Source: an uncultured candidate division Zixibacteria bacterium
GTDB taxonomy: Bacteria; Zixibacteria; MSB-5A5; GN15; FEB-12
Reading direction: 5' to 3'
DNA length: 64,000 nucleotides
Assembly (NCBI GenBank): GCA_963664195.1
Contig: OY760907.1
Coordinates: forward strand, 2,496,001-2,560,000
Positions 28,729-39,245 of the stretch are shown here, piece by piece. Position numbers and translations under genes: made by a program. A model generated the notes under the pieces. That model was not told the origin of the DNA, ran no database searches, and saw only the letters and a list, made by a program, of their open reading frames with translations. How positions within the stretch are numbered: the stretch's first letter is position 1; each line of letters starts with the position of its first letter.

Positions 28729-28751
28729 TTGCAGCGGTTTAGCTTAGACTT

Positions 28752-28783
28752 AAAAAGCCCTCGCCTCACGGCGGGGGCTTTTT
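28752..28783 (+). terminator. Intrinsic terminator of the pil operon
   Basis: AAAAAGCCCTCGCC-TCAC-GGCGGGGGCTTTTT. Confidence 0.85.
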
Positions 28784-28885
28784 GCCTCAAGTAAGGCATT
28801 CCATCTGCCGATTAATATTGCGTAGGGAAGTTCGACACAAACCTGTGCCTGGCACAGAGCACAATAAGCATTTGCAGGAGAAGTC

Positions 28886-30991
28886 ATGGAGATCAGAAAC
28901 CTTATCAGGATGTCATCAATCCTGGCGTTGGTCGTTTTTGTTGCTGTCCTGTCGATAGGCTGCGATTCAAAGAGCACGCTCGACACGGAGACTCCCGACG
29001 GGAGCACTATTGCTATCTCAGCAACCCCGACGACATTGAATACAGGCGAAACCTCGGTTGTCGAAGCAACCGTGACCAGCAATTCTACCGGTCTGGCCGA
29101 TCAGGTGGTTCGCTTTACCGTCAGCCCGAGCAACGCGGGTTACTTCACTCCTGAGTATGACACCACGGCTGCCGATGGGATAGCTGCTACGGTATTCACC
29201 GCGAGCACCTCCGGGTCGGTAGTGATTTCAGCGACGGTCCAGGGAACTTCGATTTCCGCTCCGCTCAACCTTGCTATCAGCGAGCCGTCGGGCGGTGGCG
29301 CCGGTGACGGAAACCTCAACGTCACGGTCTCCAACGTGGCCCTGACCGCCAACGGCTCCGACCAGTCAACCGTGACGGTTGTGGTGCGCGACGGCCTCGG
29401 TCAGCCCGCTCCGGATTCTACCCTGGTGAAGATCGTAGCCGGTGAAAAGTTCGTCGATCTCGACGGTAACGGCTACTGGTCGACCAATGTCGACTCGCTC
29501 GTATTTGATGCCAACGGAAACGGTATCTGGGACCCGATCGGTGTGGTCGTCTCCACGGCTTTCACTTCCGGTGGTGCCGGCGAAGTTTCTGTAGTCTACA
29601 CGGCCGGCGATGCGGCTGCTACCGTATATGTCAAGGTCACGGTCGACGCTGCCGGTCTTGCGGGATCGGTCGATGTGCCGATTCAATTGCTGCCGAACGC
29701 GCTGGTCAACTCGATCTATCTGGCCTCCGACTCCATGAGCCTGGCGGTTATGCAGACCGGCGGTATCGAGACTTCCACGCTCCGTGCAACCTGCTACGAC
29801 GTCAACGGTAATACGGTTCCTGAAGGTCTGCCGGTCATCTTCTCGATTATCGACGGCCCCGGTGGCGGTGAACGTCTTGCCGATCTCGCAGTTGATGTTC
29901 CTGATAGCGTGTACACCAACAGTCAAGGCATGGCAGTTACGACGATTCACTCCGGTACAGTATCGGGGACCGTCAGGGTGAGAGCTCAGGCAGGTTCGGT
30001 GCTGTCGCAGGCGACGCAGATTCTGATCGCTGCCGGTCCGCCCGCGGATATCGCCATCGCTCCGGACACCTGCAACGTGCCCTACTGGAGGTGCGTTGGA
30101 TGCGAAAATGCGGTTGTCGCAATCGTTTCGGATATATACAACAATCCGGTGAATGATTCGACAGTGGTCTACTTTACCTGCGATGAGGGTGTCATGATGT
30201 CCCACCAGGCGAGAACGATGGAAGGCAAGGGTCTTGCTCCGTCACTGTGGATGGCTAATTATGGTGAGACCGGAGCAGATGGCATTGTCTGGATTTATGC
30301 CGAGACCTCCGGTGGGACCGTCAGGGATTCTTCCTGGTTCTACAATACAGATGTGCCGTTCACCATCTCCGTAGTTAACTGGCGTGACAACATTCAGGCC
30401 GACGGGTCAGACAGATTCTTTGCGTGGATTACAACGGTGGACCTCAATGGCAATCCGGTTGTAGACGGCACGCCCTTCAAGGCCGATGCAGGAATCCTTT
30501 CCGTGGCCGGCGGTGCGTTTCATGATGGTTGCAGCGGATCGGGCGATCGTGTCCAGGTGCTTTCGCGCACGCTGGAGGAAGATGCCTCGATGAACGGTGT
30601 CAGCGACGACGGTATCGGCGCTGTTGACTACGTGACCTACTGGCACGCCGGTGGAGCTGCGCTGACTCTTGTTTGCTCGCTTACGACCGGTTATGCCCAT
30701 GCCGGCATGTCGAGTGTGAGTGGTGAGACCAACGTGGCTCCGGGTGTGTCGATCTTCCTGTCCTGCACCATTGTCGACCGCTTCGGAAATCCTCTGGGTG
30801 ATCACGTGCTCAACCTCACCGAGGATGGTACGCCTGTCGGTACGCTACGGACCAACAACTATGGTGAAACTCCGACGTTGGAGTGGGCTGCACCTATGGT
30901 TGATGGTGACTACTACATCCGAATCGACGATTCCGACCCGCGCGGCGGCATAACGTTGATTCACAAGGTGACAGTCAAGACGCCTGAATAA
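28886..30991 (+). CDS. Lipoprotein with tandem Ig-like (Big-1/invasin-type) domains
   Basis: Lipobox LSIGC; repeats such as LTANGSDQSTVTVVVRDGLGQP, DVNGNTVPEG, DIYNNPVNDSTVVYF, DLNGNPVVDG, DRFGNPL. Confidence 0.85.
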   Translation: MEIRNLIRMSSILALVVFVAVLSIGCDSKSTLDTETPDGSTIAISATPTTLNTGETSVVEATVTSNSTGLADQVVRFTVSPSNAGYFTPEYDTTAADGIAATVFTASTSGSVVISATVQGTSISAPLNLAISEPSGGGAGDGNLNVTVSNVALTANGSDQSTVTVVVRDGLGQPAPDSTLVKIVAGEKFVDLDGNGYWSTNVDSLVFDANGNGIWDPIGVVVSTAFTSGGAGEVSVVYTAGDAAATVYVKVTVDAAGLAGSVDVPIQLLPNALVNSIYLASDSMSLAVMQTGGIETSTLRATCYDVNGNTVPEGLPVIFSIIDGPGGGERLADLAVDVPDSVYTNSQGMAVTTIHSGTVSGTVRVRAQAGSVLSQATQILIAAGPPADIAIAPDTCNVPYWRCVGCENAVVAIVSDIYNNPVNDSTVVYFTCDEGVMMSHQARTMEGKGLAPSLWMANYGETGADGIVWIYAETSGGTVRDSSWFYNTDVPFTISVVNWRDNIQADGSDRFFAWITTVDLNGNPVVDGTPFKADAGILSVAGGAFHDGCSGSGDRVQVLSRTLEEDASMNGVSDDGIGAVDYVTYWHAGGAALTLVCSLTTGYAHAGMSSVSGETNVAPGVSIFLSCTIVDRFGNPLGDHVLNLTEDGTPVGTLRTNNYGETPTLEWAAPMVDGDYYIRIDDSDPRGGITLIHKVTVKTPE

Positions 30992-31139
30992 AAGATAAGT
31001 ACTTTTTGCTCGAAAGTACTTCGTTAACAGCGTCGGAGAGTAGCCAGACTCTCCGACGTTTGTTTTTGGGCCAGTTGCAACTATCGTCCCCTCTCGTTTT
31101 TTCCTTTCTCCCCGAACGACGAATCCATAATTTACCGGC

Positions 31140-32852
31140 ATGGATGAAACCGCTGTGTCAGCATATGCCCGAGTGGATACTATTTTCGCAGCCTTCGAAC
31201 GAGCAGCCGTTCGTTACCCCGACAAACCGGCTCTAAAGGCCGCCGGTGGTCGTGGCCGCTCTGTCACCTTCTTTGAGGTCCTCCAGACCGTCAGGAAGCT
31301 CTCTGCGGGCTTACGGAGTGATCGGTACGAGGGTGTCAACGAGATTGGTCTGCTCTCGGAGAATCGTCCGGAGTGGCCGATTGCCTATCTCGCGATATTG
31401 GCCGCAGGCAAGACGGTGGTGCCGCTCGATGCCAACCTCAAACCGAACGAGATTGCCGACCTGGTGAAGCTGGCCGGTTTGAGCACGGTCATTACGTCGC
31501 CGAAGTTCGAGGACATTCTCGTCGAGGCTGAGATTGACCGGACCTTGTCTTTCGGTCCCAACTCGCCCCGTTGGTGGGAAAACGAGTTTGGTGACAGTGC
31601 TGATTTTATTGATGCCGGTAGGCGGGACGGTCTGGCCGCTCTGATCTACACCTCGGGAACGACAGGTTCGCCCAAGGCGGTAATGCTCACCCACCATAAT
31701 CTGCTGAGCAATCTTGAGGCGATTGAGGCGGTGATCCAGTTTGGACCGCAAGACATCTGCTTTTCGATCCTGCCGTTGCACCATACGTTTGAGTCTACCT
31801 GCGGTTTCCTGACGCCGCTCACGGCCGGGGCTACTATCGTGTATGCCCGGTCATACAAATCACGTGAGATTGTCGAGGATATCAGCAGCAATAACGTGAC
31901 CTTCATGTCCGGCGTGCCGTTGTTGTACGAAAAGATGTACCAGGCGATCACTCGAGGCATCAAGGCCGCTCCGACGTTCAAACGTATGATGTTCAAACTG
32001 CTGTACTCTACGTCGTCGATTGGATGGGCGGTCCGTAAGAAGTGGGGGAAGGCGCTTTTTGCCGGATTGCGCGAGAAGGGTGGTATGAGCAGTGTCCGCA
32101 TGTTCGTCTCTGGAGGCGCGCCGCTGCCGCCGCATATTGCGAAATTCTTCAACCTCATCGGAGTTGACTTTCTCCAGGGGTATGGAATGACCGAGTGTTC
32201 GCCGGTGGTATCGGTGAACCGGCCAAATGATATCAGGTTTGGATCGGTAGGACCGCCGCTGGACGCGGTAGAGGTGATGATCCACGAGCCGGGTCAGGAT
32301 GGAATCGGCGAAATCCTGGTCAGAGGGGGCAACGTTACGCAGGGTTACAAAGACAATCCGGAACAAACCAATAAGTTGTTCTACAACGATTGGCTGAGGA
32401 CGGGCGATCTGGGACATCTCAAGGACGGACATCTCTGGATTACCGGTCGTGCCAAAAACCTGATCGTCTCGGCGGCGGGCAAGAACATCTATCCTGAGGA
32501 ACTCGAAGAGCGACTTGTCGCCACGACACTGATAGCCGAGGCGCTCGTTGTGGGTCGGAAGAAGGACGGTAAGCACGGCGAAGATGTCTGGGCGTTGATT
32601 GTGCCGGACGAGGAAGCATTCGAGGAAGAACTCGGGTACAAGCCGGGCAATCCGGCCGACGAAAAGACTCGGACGGAAATCAAGAAGATCGTCGACGAGA
32701 TCAATCACCACGTGGCCGAATACAAGCGGATCACCGGGTTCGATATTCAGTCGGAAGAACTCGAAAAGACAACAACGCGGAAGATTAAGCGCTACGTCTA
32801 TGACATACCCATTGACCGCAAGACAAACAAATTGCCGGGAGAAAAGAAGTGA
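31140..32852 (+). CDS. Long-chain fatty acid-CoA ligase (AMP-binding)
   Basis: YTSGTTGSPK, QGYGMTE, WLRTGDLG, ITGRAKNLIV, GKNIYPEE. Confidence 0.92.
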   Translation: MDETAVSAYARVDTIFAAFERAAVRYPDKPALKAAGGRGRSVTFFEVLQTVRKLSAGLRSDRYEGVNEIGLLSENRPEWPIAYLAILAAGKTVVPLDANLKPNEIADLVKLAGLSTVITSPKFEDILVEAEIDRTLSFGPNSPRWWENEFGDSADFIDAGRRDGLAALIYTSGTTGSPKAVMLTHHNLLSNLEAIEAVIQFGPQDICFSILPLHHTFESTCGFLTPLTAGATIVYARSYKSREIVEDISSNNVTFMSGVPLLYEKMYQAITRGIKAAPTFKRMMFKLLYSTSSIGWAVRKKWGKALFAGLREKGGMSSVRMFVSGGAPLPPHIAKFFNLIGVDFLQGYGMTECSPVVSVNRPNDIRFGSVGPPLDAVEVMIHEPGQDGIGEILVRGGNVTQGYKDNPEQTNKLFYNDWLRTGDLGHLKDGHLWITGRAKNLIVSAAGKNIYPEELEERLVATTLIAEALVVGRKKDGKHGEDVWALIVPDEEAFEEELGYKPGNPADEKTRTEIKKIVDEINHHVAEYKRITGFDIQSEELEKTTTRKIKRYVYDIPIDRKTNKLPGEKK

Positions 32853-33859
32853 TAGTCAAAGCCATGGAACGAGTAGGCAATAAGCTTCGCCTACTGGATC
32901 AAACCCGTCTGCCGCTGGAGACGGTCTTTAACGACTACGAGGACTATCAAGCCATCATCAAGGCTATCCAGCGTCTGGAAGTGAGGGGAGCGCCGGCCAT
33001 TGGTATTTCGGCGGCCTATGCGCTGGCCATAGCGGTTGATCAATCCGGTCGGTACGACTCGGCTTCGATCCGGCAATTCGGCGAGGAAATCAAAAGCGCA
33101 CGTCCGACCGCGGTCAACCTGATGTGGGCGATTGATCGAGCGATGGCTGTGGCCCTGTATGCTGAACCGAAATCCAAAGACGACGCGCTCAAGATTCTCT
33201 GGCGCGAGGCAGAGGCAATCCACGATGAAGATCGCGAGATGTGTCGCAAAATGGGCGAGTACGGAGCAGAGCTAATCAAAGACGGTGACACGCTGCTGAC
33301 TCATTGCAATGCCGGTGCGCTGGCCACGGGTGGTATCGGCACTGCTATCGGTGTGATGTATGTCTGCCACGAACAGGGCAAGAGAATAAAAGTCTACGCT
33401 GACGAGACTCGTCCCCTGCTGCAGGGCGCCCGTTTGACCACCTGGGAGTTGCAGCGGGCGGGAATCGATGTCACCCTCAATTGCGATAATTCGGCTGGCG
33501 TGCTGATGTCGAAGGGGATGATCGATCATGTTATCGTGGGGGCCGACAGGATTGCCGCCAACGGCGACACGGCCAACAAGATAGGGACCTATTCACTTGC
33601 TCTGCTCGCGGTCGGACACGACGTCCCTTTCTATGTTGCTGCGCCGCAAACCACGTTTGATGAGAACCTCGAATCCGGTGATCTTATCGAGATCGAGGAA
33701 CGTGCACCGGAAGAGGTAACCGAGGGGTTCGGCGTTCGTATTGCGCCGGAAGGCACCGACGTTTATTCTCCTGCTTTTGATGTCACTCCCAACGAGCTGA
33801 TTACCGCCTTCATAACCGATACCGGAGTGAAACCCGGAGGTCGTGGCGGGAGCGATTGA
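32849..33859 (+). CDS. mtnA: S-methyl-5-thioribose-1-phosphate isomerase
   Basis: LDQTRLP, VRGAPAIG, RPTAVNL, THCNAGALAT, ETRPLLQGARLT, ANKIGTY. Confidence 0.96.
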   Translation: MIVKAMERVGNKLRLLDQTRLPLETVFNDYEDYQAIIKAIQRLEVRGAPAIGISAAYALAIAVDQSGRYDSASIRQFGEEIKSARPTAVNLMWAIDRAMAVALYAEPKSKDDALKILWREAEAIHDEDREMCRKMGEYGAELIKDGDTLLTHCNAGALATGGIGTAIGVMYVCHEQGKRIKVYADETRPLLQGARLTTWELQRAGIDVTLNCDNSAGVLMSKGMIDHVIVGADRIAANGDTANKIGTYSLALLAVGHDVPFYVAAPQTTFDENLESGDLIEIEERAPEEVTEGFGVRIAPEGTDVYSPAFDVTPNELITAFITDTGVKPGGRGGSD

Positions 33860-33948
33860 TACCCCTTTTCTTGAAACGTTGTTGAGCCGATATATTGCGT
33901 ATAAGTGTTTATGGGAACGCGATTGAGAAGAACCGACACAGGAAACCG

Positions 33949-34608
33949 ATGAAGACCTCAAAGCGCCAGAAGAAGGCTCTGTCCGCGCTGAACCTTGATC
34001 TCTTTCGACCGAAGAATCTGGCTCCGCCGGCTCCTGCGACGCTGCATACAGCTATCGCCGAAAGCGGGCCGGGGGCAACCGCGGGCGTAGCCCGATTGTC
34101 CGATGATCGCTCGGAAGAGAAGACGGATCGGCTGCCGTCGGTGGCCGAGCTTCACCATCGGTTTGAGCGCTTCAACTGGCTGTACTTTCAGGGGAAGCTG
34201 CCCAAGACCCGAATCGAGTATTCCAATCGGATGACGTCAGCAGGAGCATACATCCCCGCTCACAAGCTGATTCGTATCGGGCGCAAATATCACGATATCT
34301 TCCCGGGAGACATCGACGATACATTGAAGCATGAGATGATCCATCTCATCCATTTTAGACATGACGCCGCGTTTAAGGCCGAGGCGAAACGAGTCGGTGC
34401 GTCGTTGAAGGCGAAACCGCATCCGTCGCTGCGTCGTCGGCCGAAGTACGTCTATGTGTGCAGTAATTGCGGGCTTGAATACCCCCGGCAGAAACGTCTC
34501 GTTATGGCGTCATGTGGCAAATGCTCCAAGGGCAGGCGGTTTGATGTCCGCTTCAAACTCAGGCTGTTGACCTCTAGAAGGCAAAACAAAACGACGGCCG
34601 CAAAGTGA
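33949..34608 (+). CDS. SprT-like zinc metalloprotease
   Basis: FNWLYF, RMTSAG, LKHEMIH (HExxH), C-terminal CSNC/CGKC zinc ribbon. Confidence 0.87.
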   Translation: MKTSKRQKKALSALNLDLFRPKNLAPPAPATLHTAIAESGPGATAGVARLSDDRSEEKTDRLPSVAELHHRFERFNWLYFQGKLPKTRIEYSNRMTSAGAYIPAHKLIRIGRKYHDIFPGDIDDTLKHEMIHLIHFRHDAAFKAEAKRVGASLKAKPHPSLRRRPKYVYVCSNCGLEYPRQKRLVMASCGKCSKGRRFDVRFKLRLLTSRRQNKTTAAK

Positions 34609-34648
34609 CCGTCGCTAGCATAGTCGATGCCCTCGCTTGAAATCGGGC

Positions 34649-34912
34649 CTAATCGGCCAACTCCAGTTCGATTTCGGACATTTTCTCGATCAGTGGAGTG
34701 CATGCTTTTAGCGCCGCCAGGTTGCCATCCTCAGTGAAGGACTTGATCAACCGCAACAACACGACCGCCGGGTTCCCGGTGCAGCTAACAATGCTGCCGG
34801 AATCGGACACAGTCAGTCCAGCTTTTTTGGCTTGAGTGCGGGCCTTATGCTCACCAATAGTGTCGACCTGAATCTTGATCGCCTCTTCAAACAATACCAG
34901 GTACTTCTCCAT
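34649..34912 (-). CDS. Small hypothetical protein (87 aa)
   Basis: AGGAGGGAG RBS, protein-like composition. Confidence 0.75.
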   Translation of the reverse strand: MEKYLVLFEEAIKIQVDTIGEHKARTQAKKAGLTVSDSGSIVSCTGNPAVVLLRLIKSFTEDGNLAALKACTPLIEKMSEIELELAD

Positions 34913-35281
34913 CGCCTCGTACTCCCTCCTAAAGGAACATCATACTATTCCGTTTATCGGGCGGAGAGCGCTCTTCCTAAATATCAGATCGGTCCCGGCC
35001 AATAGAATGACCAAAAACAGCACAGTCGGGAAAGCGGTGACGACGGAGTGTTTTGTGGCAGGGTCGGGCGTGGGGCAGCTCGTTTGCTTGCCGTGTTCGC
35101 TCATATTTTCCCGAAATCCATAAAAAACAACGGATTACGGGAATATCGAGATAATGATTGCCAGAAAAAACCGAAACGGCTTGTTTGGCGTAAGCTCTTG
35201 TCAGTACAATGGTTAGGTGTATATTGGCAGGGCGGGGAACGATTCAGTTGCCGCATGCTGTGCAAAATAGTTGTCTGCCGC

Positions 35282-35309
35282 TTGACTTTTGGGTCTCACC
35301 CCTTATATT
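35282..35309 (+). promoter_or_regulatory. sigma70 promoter TTGACT-N16-TATATT
   Basis: Directly upstream of rplM. Confidence 0.6.
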
Positions 35310-35354
35310 CTTTGGCTCTTGGAAAACCGAGAACCTATTTATGGCTGAAAAGTA

Positions 35355-35783
35355 ATGAAGACTGTAACACCGAGAATCGATCCGAGCGCCCGCAAGTGGT
35401 GGGTAGTGGACCTTCAGGGCGCAAAACCGGGCAGGGCAGCGGTTAAAATAGCCGATATCCTTCGCGGTAAGAACAAACCGATATTTGCACCGTTCCTTGA
35501 CAACGGCGACAACGTAATCGCGATTAATGCTGCCGGAATGAAAGTTGGAGCGAAGAAGCTTCTGCAGAAGAAGTACTATCGTTATTCCGGCTATCCGGGC
35601 GGTCTGTCCGAGACTACGATGGGCGATATGATGACGAAGAAGCCTGAACAGGTTTTTTCCCTGGCCGTCAAGCGAATGATCCCTAAGAACAAATTGGGTC
35701 GCAAAGTATTCAAGAAACTACACGTTTATGCCGGTTCTGCACACCCGCACAGGGCACAGAAGCCGGAGAAACTGGAACTCTAA
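35355..35783 (+). CDS. rplM: 50S ribosomal protein L13
   Basis: RKWWVVD, LRGKNKP, YSGYPGG, HPHRAQKP. Confidence 0.98.
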   Translation: MKTVTPRIDPSARKWWVVDLQGAKPGRAAVKIADILRGKNKPIFAPFLDNGDNVIAINAAGMKVGAKKLLQKKYYRYSGYPGGLSETTMGDMMTKKPEQVFSLAVKRMIPKNKLGRKVFKKLHVYAGSAHPHRAQKPEKLEL

Positions 35784-35795
35784 GTATATAAGCTT

Positions 35796-36188
35796 ATGAC
35801 GCAGAATGTGTATTCAGCAACAGGTCGCCGCAAGGCTGCAACGGCACGGGCAAGACTGATCCCGGGAACGGGTAAGTTTGTCATTAATGGCAAGTCGGTC
35901 CTCGATTACCTGACTCGCGAAACACTGGTGGAACGTGCCCAGGCACCGTTGGCCACCACTGAGACGCTTGGCAATTTCGATGTGATTTGCTCAACCCGTG
36001 GTGGTGGTATCGCCGGTCAGGCCGGAGCCATCCGTTTGGCAGTCAGCAGGGCGTTGTGTGTCTACAACGAGGACATGCGCCCGGCCCTGCGTAAGGCAGG
36101 CATGTTGGTCCGTGACGCGCGCTGTGTTGAGCGTAAAAAATACGGTCAACCGAAAGCCCGCAAACGCTTCCAGTACTCGAAGCGTTAA
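35796..36188 (+). CDS. rpsI: 30S ribosomal protein S9
   Basis: ATGRRK, GGGIAGQAGA, ERKKYG...FQYSKR. Confidence 0.98.
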   Translation: MTQNVYSATGRRKAATARARLIPGTGKFVINGKSVLDYLTRETLVERAQAPLATTETLGNFDVICSTRGGGIAGQAGAIRLAVSRALCVYNEDMRPALRKAGMLVRDARCVERKKYGQPKARKRFQYSKR

Positions 36189-36332
36189 TCGTTGGATTGA
36201 AATACTAATCCCCGTTCGATAAGAGCGGGGAAATAAGCAGCTCCGACAGACCCGGTCGCTGGTCCCACTCAGATGGGTTGCGGTCACGGGGAAGAGGGCG
36301 GAGTGAAGGAAACCTTAAAGCACAGGATTCTT

Positions 36333-37136
36333 ATGATTACACCACAGATCCGTGAATTTCTGGAAGCCGGGGTACATTTCGGCCATCAGACTCGCCGTTG
36401 GAACCCCAAAATGAAGCCGTTCATCTTTGCGGCTCGCAATGGTATTTATATCATTGATCTCCAGAAGACGGTCAATGCTCTCGAACAGGCCAAGCGGAAG
36501 GTTCGCGAGGTCGTTTCTGCCGGTCGTTCGGTGTTGTTTGTCGGCACCAAGAAGCAGGCCAAGGAAGTCATTCTCGAAGAAGCTCCGAAATGCGACGGCT
36601 TCTATGTGGTCGAGCGCTGGCTTGGTGGCATGCTGACCAACTTCAATACCATCAAAAACTCGATCAAGAAGCTGAAAGATATCGAGAAGATGCGTGAGAC
36701 TGGTGACCTTTCCAAGTTCACCAAGAAGGAAGCGGCCAAGATCGAGGCCAAGGCCGAACGTCTTGAGAAGATTCTCGGCGGTATCAAGGACATGAACCAC
36801 CTTCCGGGTCTGGTGATTGTTGTCGATGCCAAGAAAGAAAAGATCGCCGTAGCGGAAGCCTCCAACCTGGGCATCCCGATTATCGGTATCATTGATACTA
36901 ATGCTGATCCGGACCCGATCGATTTCCCGATCGCCGGCAACGACGACGCTATCAAGTCCATTCGTGTACTGATGCGCGGTCTCGTCGATGCCGCTATCGA
37001 GGTACAGACCTCGGTATCGCCGGAAGAAATGGAAGCGGTTGCCGATGCTGAACGTCAGACTCCGCTGACCACGTACTCCTCTGCTGCAGATGAAGAACCG
37101 GCTCCGGCACAAGAGAACAAGAACGAGGGTAGATAA
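36333..37136 (+). CDS. rpsB: 30S ribosomal protein S2
   Basis: EAGVHFGHQTRRWNPKM, RWLGGMLTN, GNDDAI. Confidence 0.98.
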   Translation: MITPQIREFLEAGVHFGHQTRRWNPKMKPFIFAARNGIYIIDLQKTVNALEQAKRKVREVVSAGRSVLFVGTKKQAKEVILEEAPKCDGFYVVERWLGGMLTNFNTIKNSIKKLKDIEKMRETGDLSKFTKKEAAKIEAKAERLEKILGGIKDMNHLPGLVIVVDAKKEKIAVAEASNLGIPIIGIIDTNADPDPIDFPIAGNDDAIKSIRVLMRGLVDAAIEVQTSVSPEEMEAVADAERQTPLTTYSSAADEEPAPAQENKNEGR

Positions 37137-37142
37137 GCGACT

Positions 37143-37736
37143 ATGGATATTACTGCGAAGATGGTTAAGGAGCTTCGGGACAAGACCGGAGCCGGCATGA
37201 TGGACTGCAAAAAAGCGCTCGGCGAGACGAACGGCGATCTCGACGCTGCCGTAACGAATCTCCGCGAGCGCGGCATTGCCAAGGCGGCTTCGAAAGAAGG
37301 ACGCCAGACTTCAGAGGGGCTTATTGCCTCCTACATTCACCCCGGTGACAAGCTGGGTGTGATGGTTGAGATCAACTGCGAGACCGATTTTGTCGCTCGC
37401 ACCGATCAGTTCCAGCGATTCGCCCGCGACATCGCCATGCACGTTGCCGCCAGCGCTCCGGTCTGTGTCGACCGTGAAGGCGTTGACGCCAAGCTGATCG
37501 AAGAAGAGAGCAAGATATTCCGTACGCAGGCTGAGAACGACGGCAAGCCTGCCAACATTATTGATAAGATCGTCGAAGGCCGGATCGAGAAGTACTACAG
37601 TGAAATCGTGCTTCTGGAACAGCCGTTTGTGAAGGATACGGAAAAGTCGGTTTCCGATCTCGTGAAAGAAACGATTGGCTCGCTGGGTGAGAATATCCAG
37701 ATCAAGCGCTTCACCCGCTTCAGACTGGGTGAATAA
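37143..37736 (+). CDS. tsf: Elongation factor Ts (short form)
   Basis: VKELRDKTGAGMMDCKKAL, EINCETDFVA. Confidence 0.98.
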   Translation: MDITAKMVKELRDKTGAGMMDCKKALGETNGDLDAAVTNLRERGIAKAASKEGRQTSEGLIASYIHPGDKLGVMVEINCETDFVARTDQFQRFARDIAMHVAASAPVCVDREGVDAKLIEEESKIFRTQAENDGKPANIIDKIVEGRIEKYYSEIVLLEQPFVKDTEKSVSDLVKETIGSLGENIQIKRFTRFRLGE

Positions 37737-37737
37737 G

Positions 37738-38463
37738 ATGGACGCTGAATCAGACAAACCTGTCTTTAAGCGAATACTGCTCAAGCTCTCCGGTGAGGTC
37801 CTGATGGGCCCCGGAGAGTTCGGCATTCATACTCCGAGTGTCGAGAAAATCTGCCACCAGATAAAAGAAATCAAGGAACTCGGGACCGAGATAGCCATCG
37901 TCATAGGCGGCGGCAATATCTTCCGCGGTCTCAATGCCTCCGAGCGCGGTATGGATCGCGTCACGGCCGACAACATGGGTATGCTGGCCACTATGATCAA
38001 TTGTCTGGCGATGATGGATAATCTTGAGCAGATGGGCATCTACACGCGTGTCATGTCGGCGGTCAACGTGGAAGCATTCGCCGAACCGTATATCCGCCGT
38101 CGCGCAGTCAGACACATGGAAAAGGGGCGGTTGGTCATTCTCGCCGCCGGCACCGGCAACCCGTATTTCAGCACCGATACCGCAGCCTCTTTGCGGGCCA
38201 TGGAAACAGGTGCCGACATCCTTATCAAGGGGACCAAGGTTGACGGTGTGTATTCTGCCGACCCGGTCAGAGTGAAAGATGCCGAGTTCTATCCGAAACT
38301 GAGCTACATGGACGTTTTGACGAAAGAGCTTCGGGTTATGGACCTGACAGCTATCTCTCTTTTGAAGGACAACGGTATGCCGCTCAGGGTGGTTGACATT
38401 AATGCCCCGGGGATTCTCCGCAGAGTGATGCTTGGAGAAGAAGTGGGGTCGCTGATTTCTTAG
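37738..38463 (+). CDS. pyrH: UMP kinase
   Basis: RILLKLSGE, GGGNIFRG, GTGNPYFSTD. Confidence 0.98.
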   Translation: MDAESDKPVFKRILLKLSGEVLMGPGEFGIHTPSVEKICHQIKEIKELGTEIAIVIGGGNIFRGLNASERGMDRVTADNMGMLATMINCLAMMDNLEQMGIYTRVMSAVNVEAFAEPYIRRRAVRHMEKGRLVILAAGTGNPYFSTDTAASLRAMETGADILIKGTKVDGVYSADPVRVKDAEFYPKLSYMDVLTKELRVMDLTAISLLKDNGMPLRVVDINAPGILRRVMLGEEVGSLIS

Positions 38464-38505
38464 CACGATCATGGGATTTTGACATAGAATCAGGAGATGA
38501 TTGAC

Positions 38506-39063
38506 ATGTTAAACGAGATCTACAAAGACGCTGAAGATCGAATGGTTAAGACCGTCGAGGCCACCTCGCGCGAGTTTGGCACTATTCGTACCGGAAAAGC
38601 CTCCACTCATGTACTGGACACGATCAAAGTTGAAGCGTACGGATCCCTGATGCCCCTGAATCAGTTGGCTTCGGTTTCGACTCCGGAAGCCCGGCTTCTG
38701 GTTGTCCAGGCGTTTGACAAGGGAACGGTAGGGGATATTTCCAAGGCCATCCAGAAGGCCGATCTGGGACTGAACCCGATAGTCGACGGTCAGCTCATTC
38801 GCCTGCCGATACCGGCCCTGACCGAAGAGCGGCGCAAGGAGTTGGTGAAACAGTGCAAGAACCTCGCGGAAGACGGTCGTGTTGCTATCCGCAATATCCG
38901 TCGCGACGCCAACGATCAATTGAAGGCGGCGCTGAAGGACAAAGAGATTTCTGAAGATCAGGAAAAGGACGGTCGTGACGAGGTGCAGAAGTACACCGAC
39001 GATTACATCAAGAAGATCGACGCTCTGCTGGTTCGGAAAGAGGCAGACGTAATGGAAGTGTAA
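38506..39063 (+). CDS. frr: Ribosome recycling factor
   Basis: IRTGKA, LTEERRKEL, VAIRNIRRDA. Confidence 0.98.
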   Translation: MLNEIYKDAEDRMVKTVEATSREFGTIRTGKASTHVLDTIKVEAYGSLMPLNQLASVSTPEARLLVVQAFDKGTVGDISKAIQKADLGLNPIVDGQLIRLPIPALTEERRKELVKQCKNLAEDGRVAIRNIRRDANDQLKAALKDKEISEDQEKDGRDEVQKYTDDYIKKIDALLVRKEADVMEV

Positions 39064-39094
39064 GTTGTAGGACTTACGGAAAACGATACGAAAG

Positions 39095-39131
39095 CAGCCC
39101 GGACCGTGAGGTCCGGGCTGTCTTCTTGTTT
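39095..39131 (+). terminator. Terminator after frr
   Basis: CAGCCCGGAC-CGTGAG-GTCCGGGCTG + T-rich tail. Confidence 0.8.
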
Positions 39132-39149
39132 GTGGGGTGCATGTACCTG

Positions 39150-39210
39150 GTAGGCAGGGCCTGCTTGAGGCCCGACGAATCCCGTCAGGCTCCGAGTGCA
39201 CCTGCCCTAC
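39150..39210. repeat. Degenerate inverted GTAG-type REP doublet
   Basis: GTAGGCAGGGCC... on plus and GTAGGGCAGGTG... on minus, facing each other. Confidence 0.5.
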
Positions 39211-39245
39211 TGCTTTTCGCAGGTCTGATTACGACCCATACAGGC

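Noticed and set aside
28850..28876. Sigma54 promoter at TGGCAC
   Set aside because: No TTGC at the -12 position; better explained as half of a dyad.
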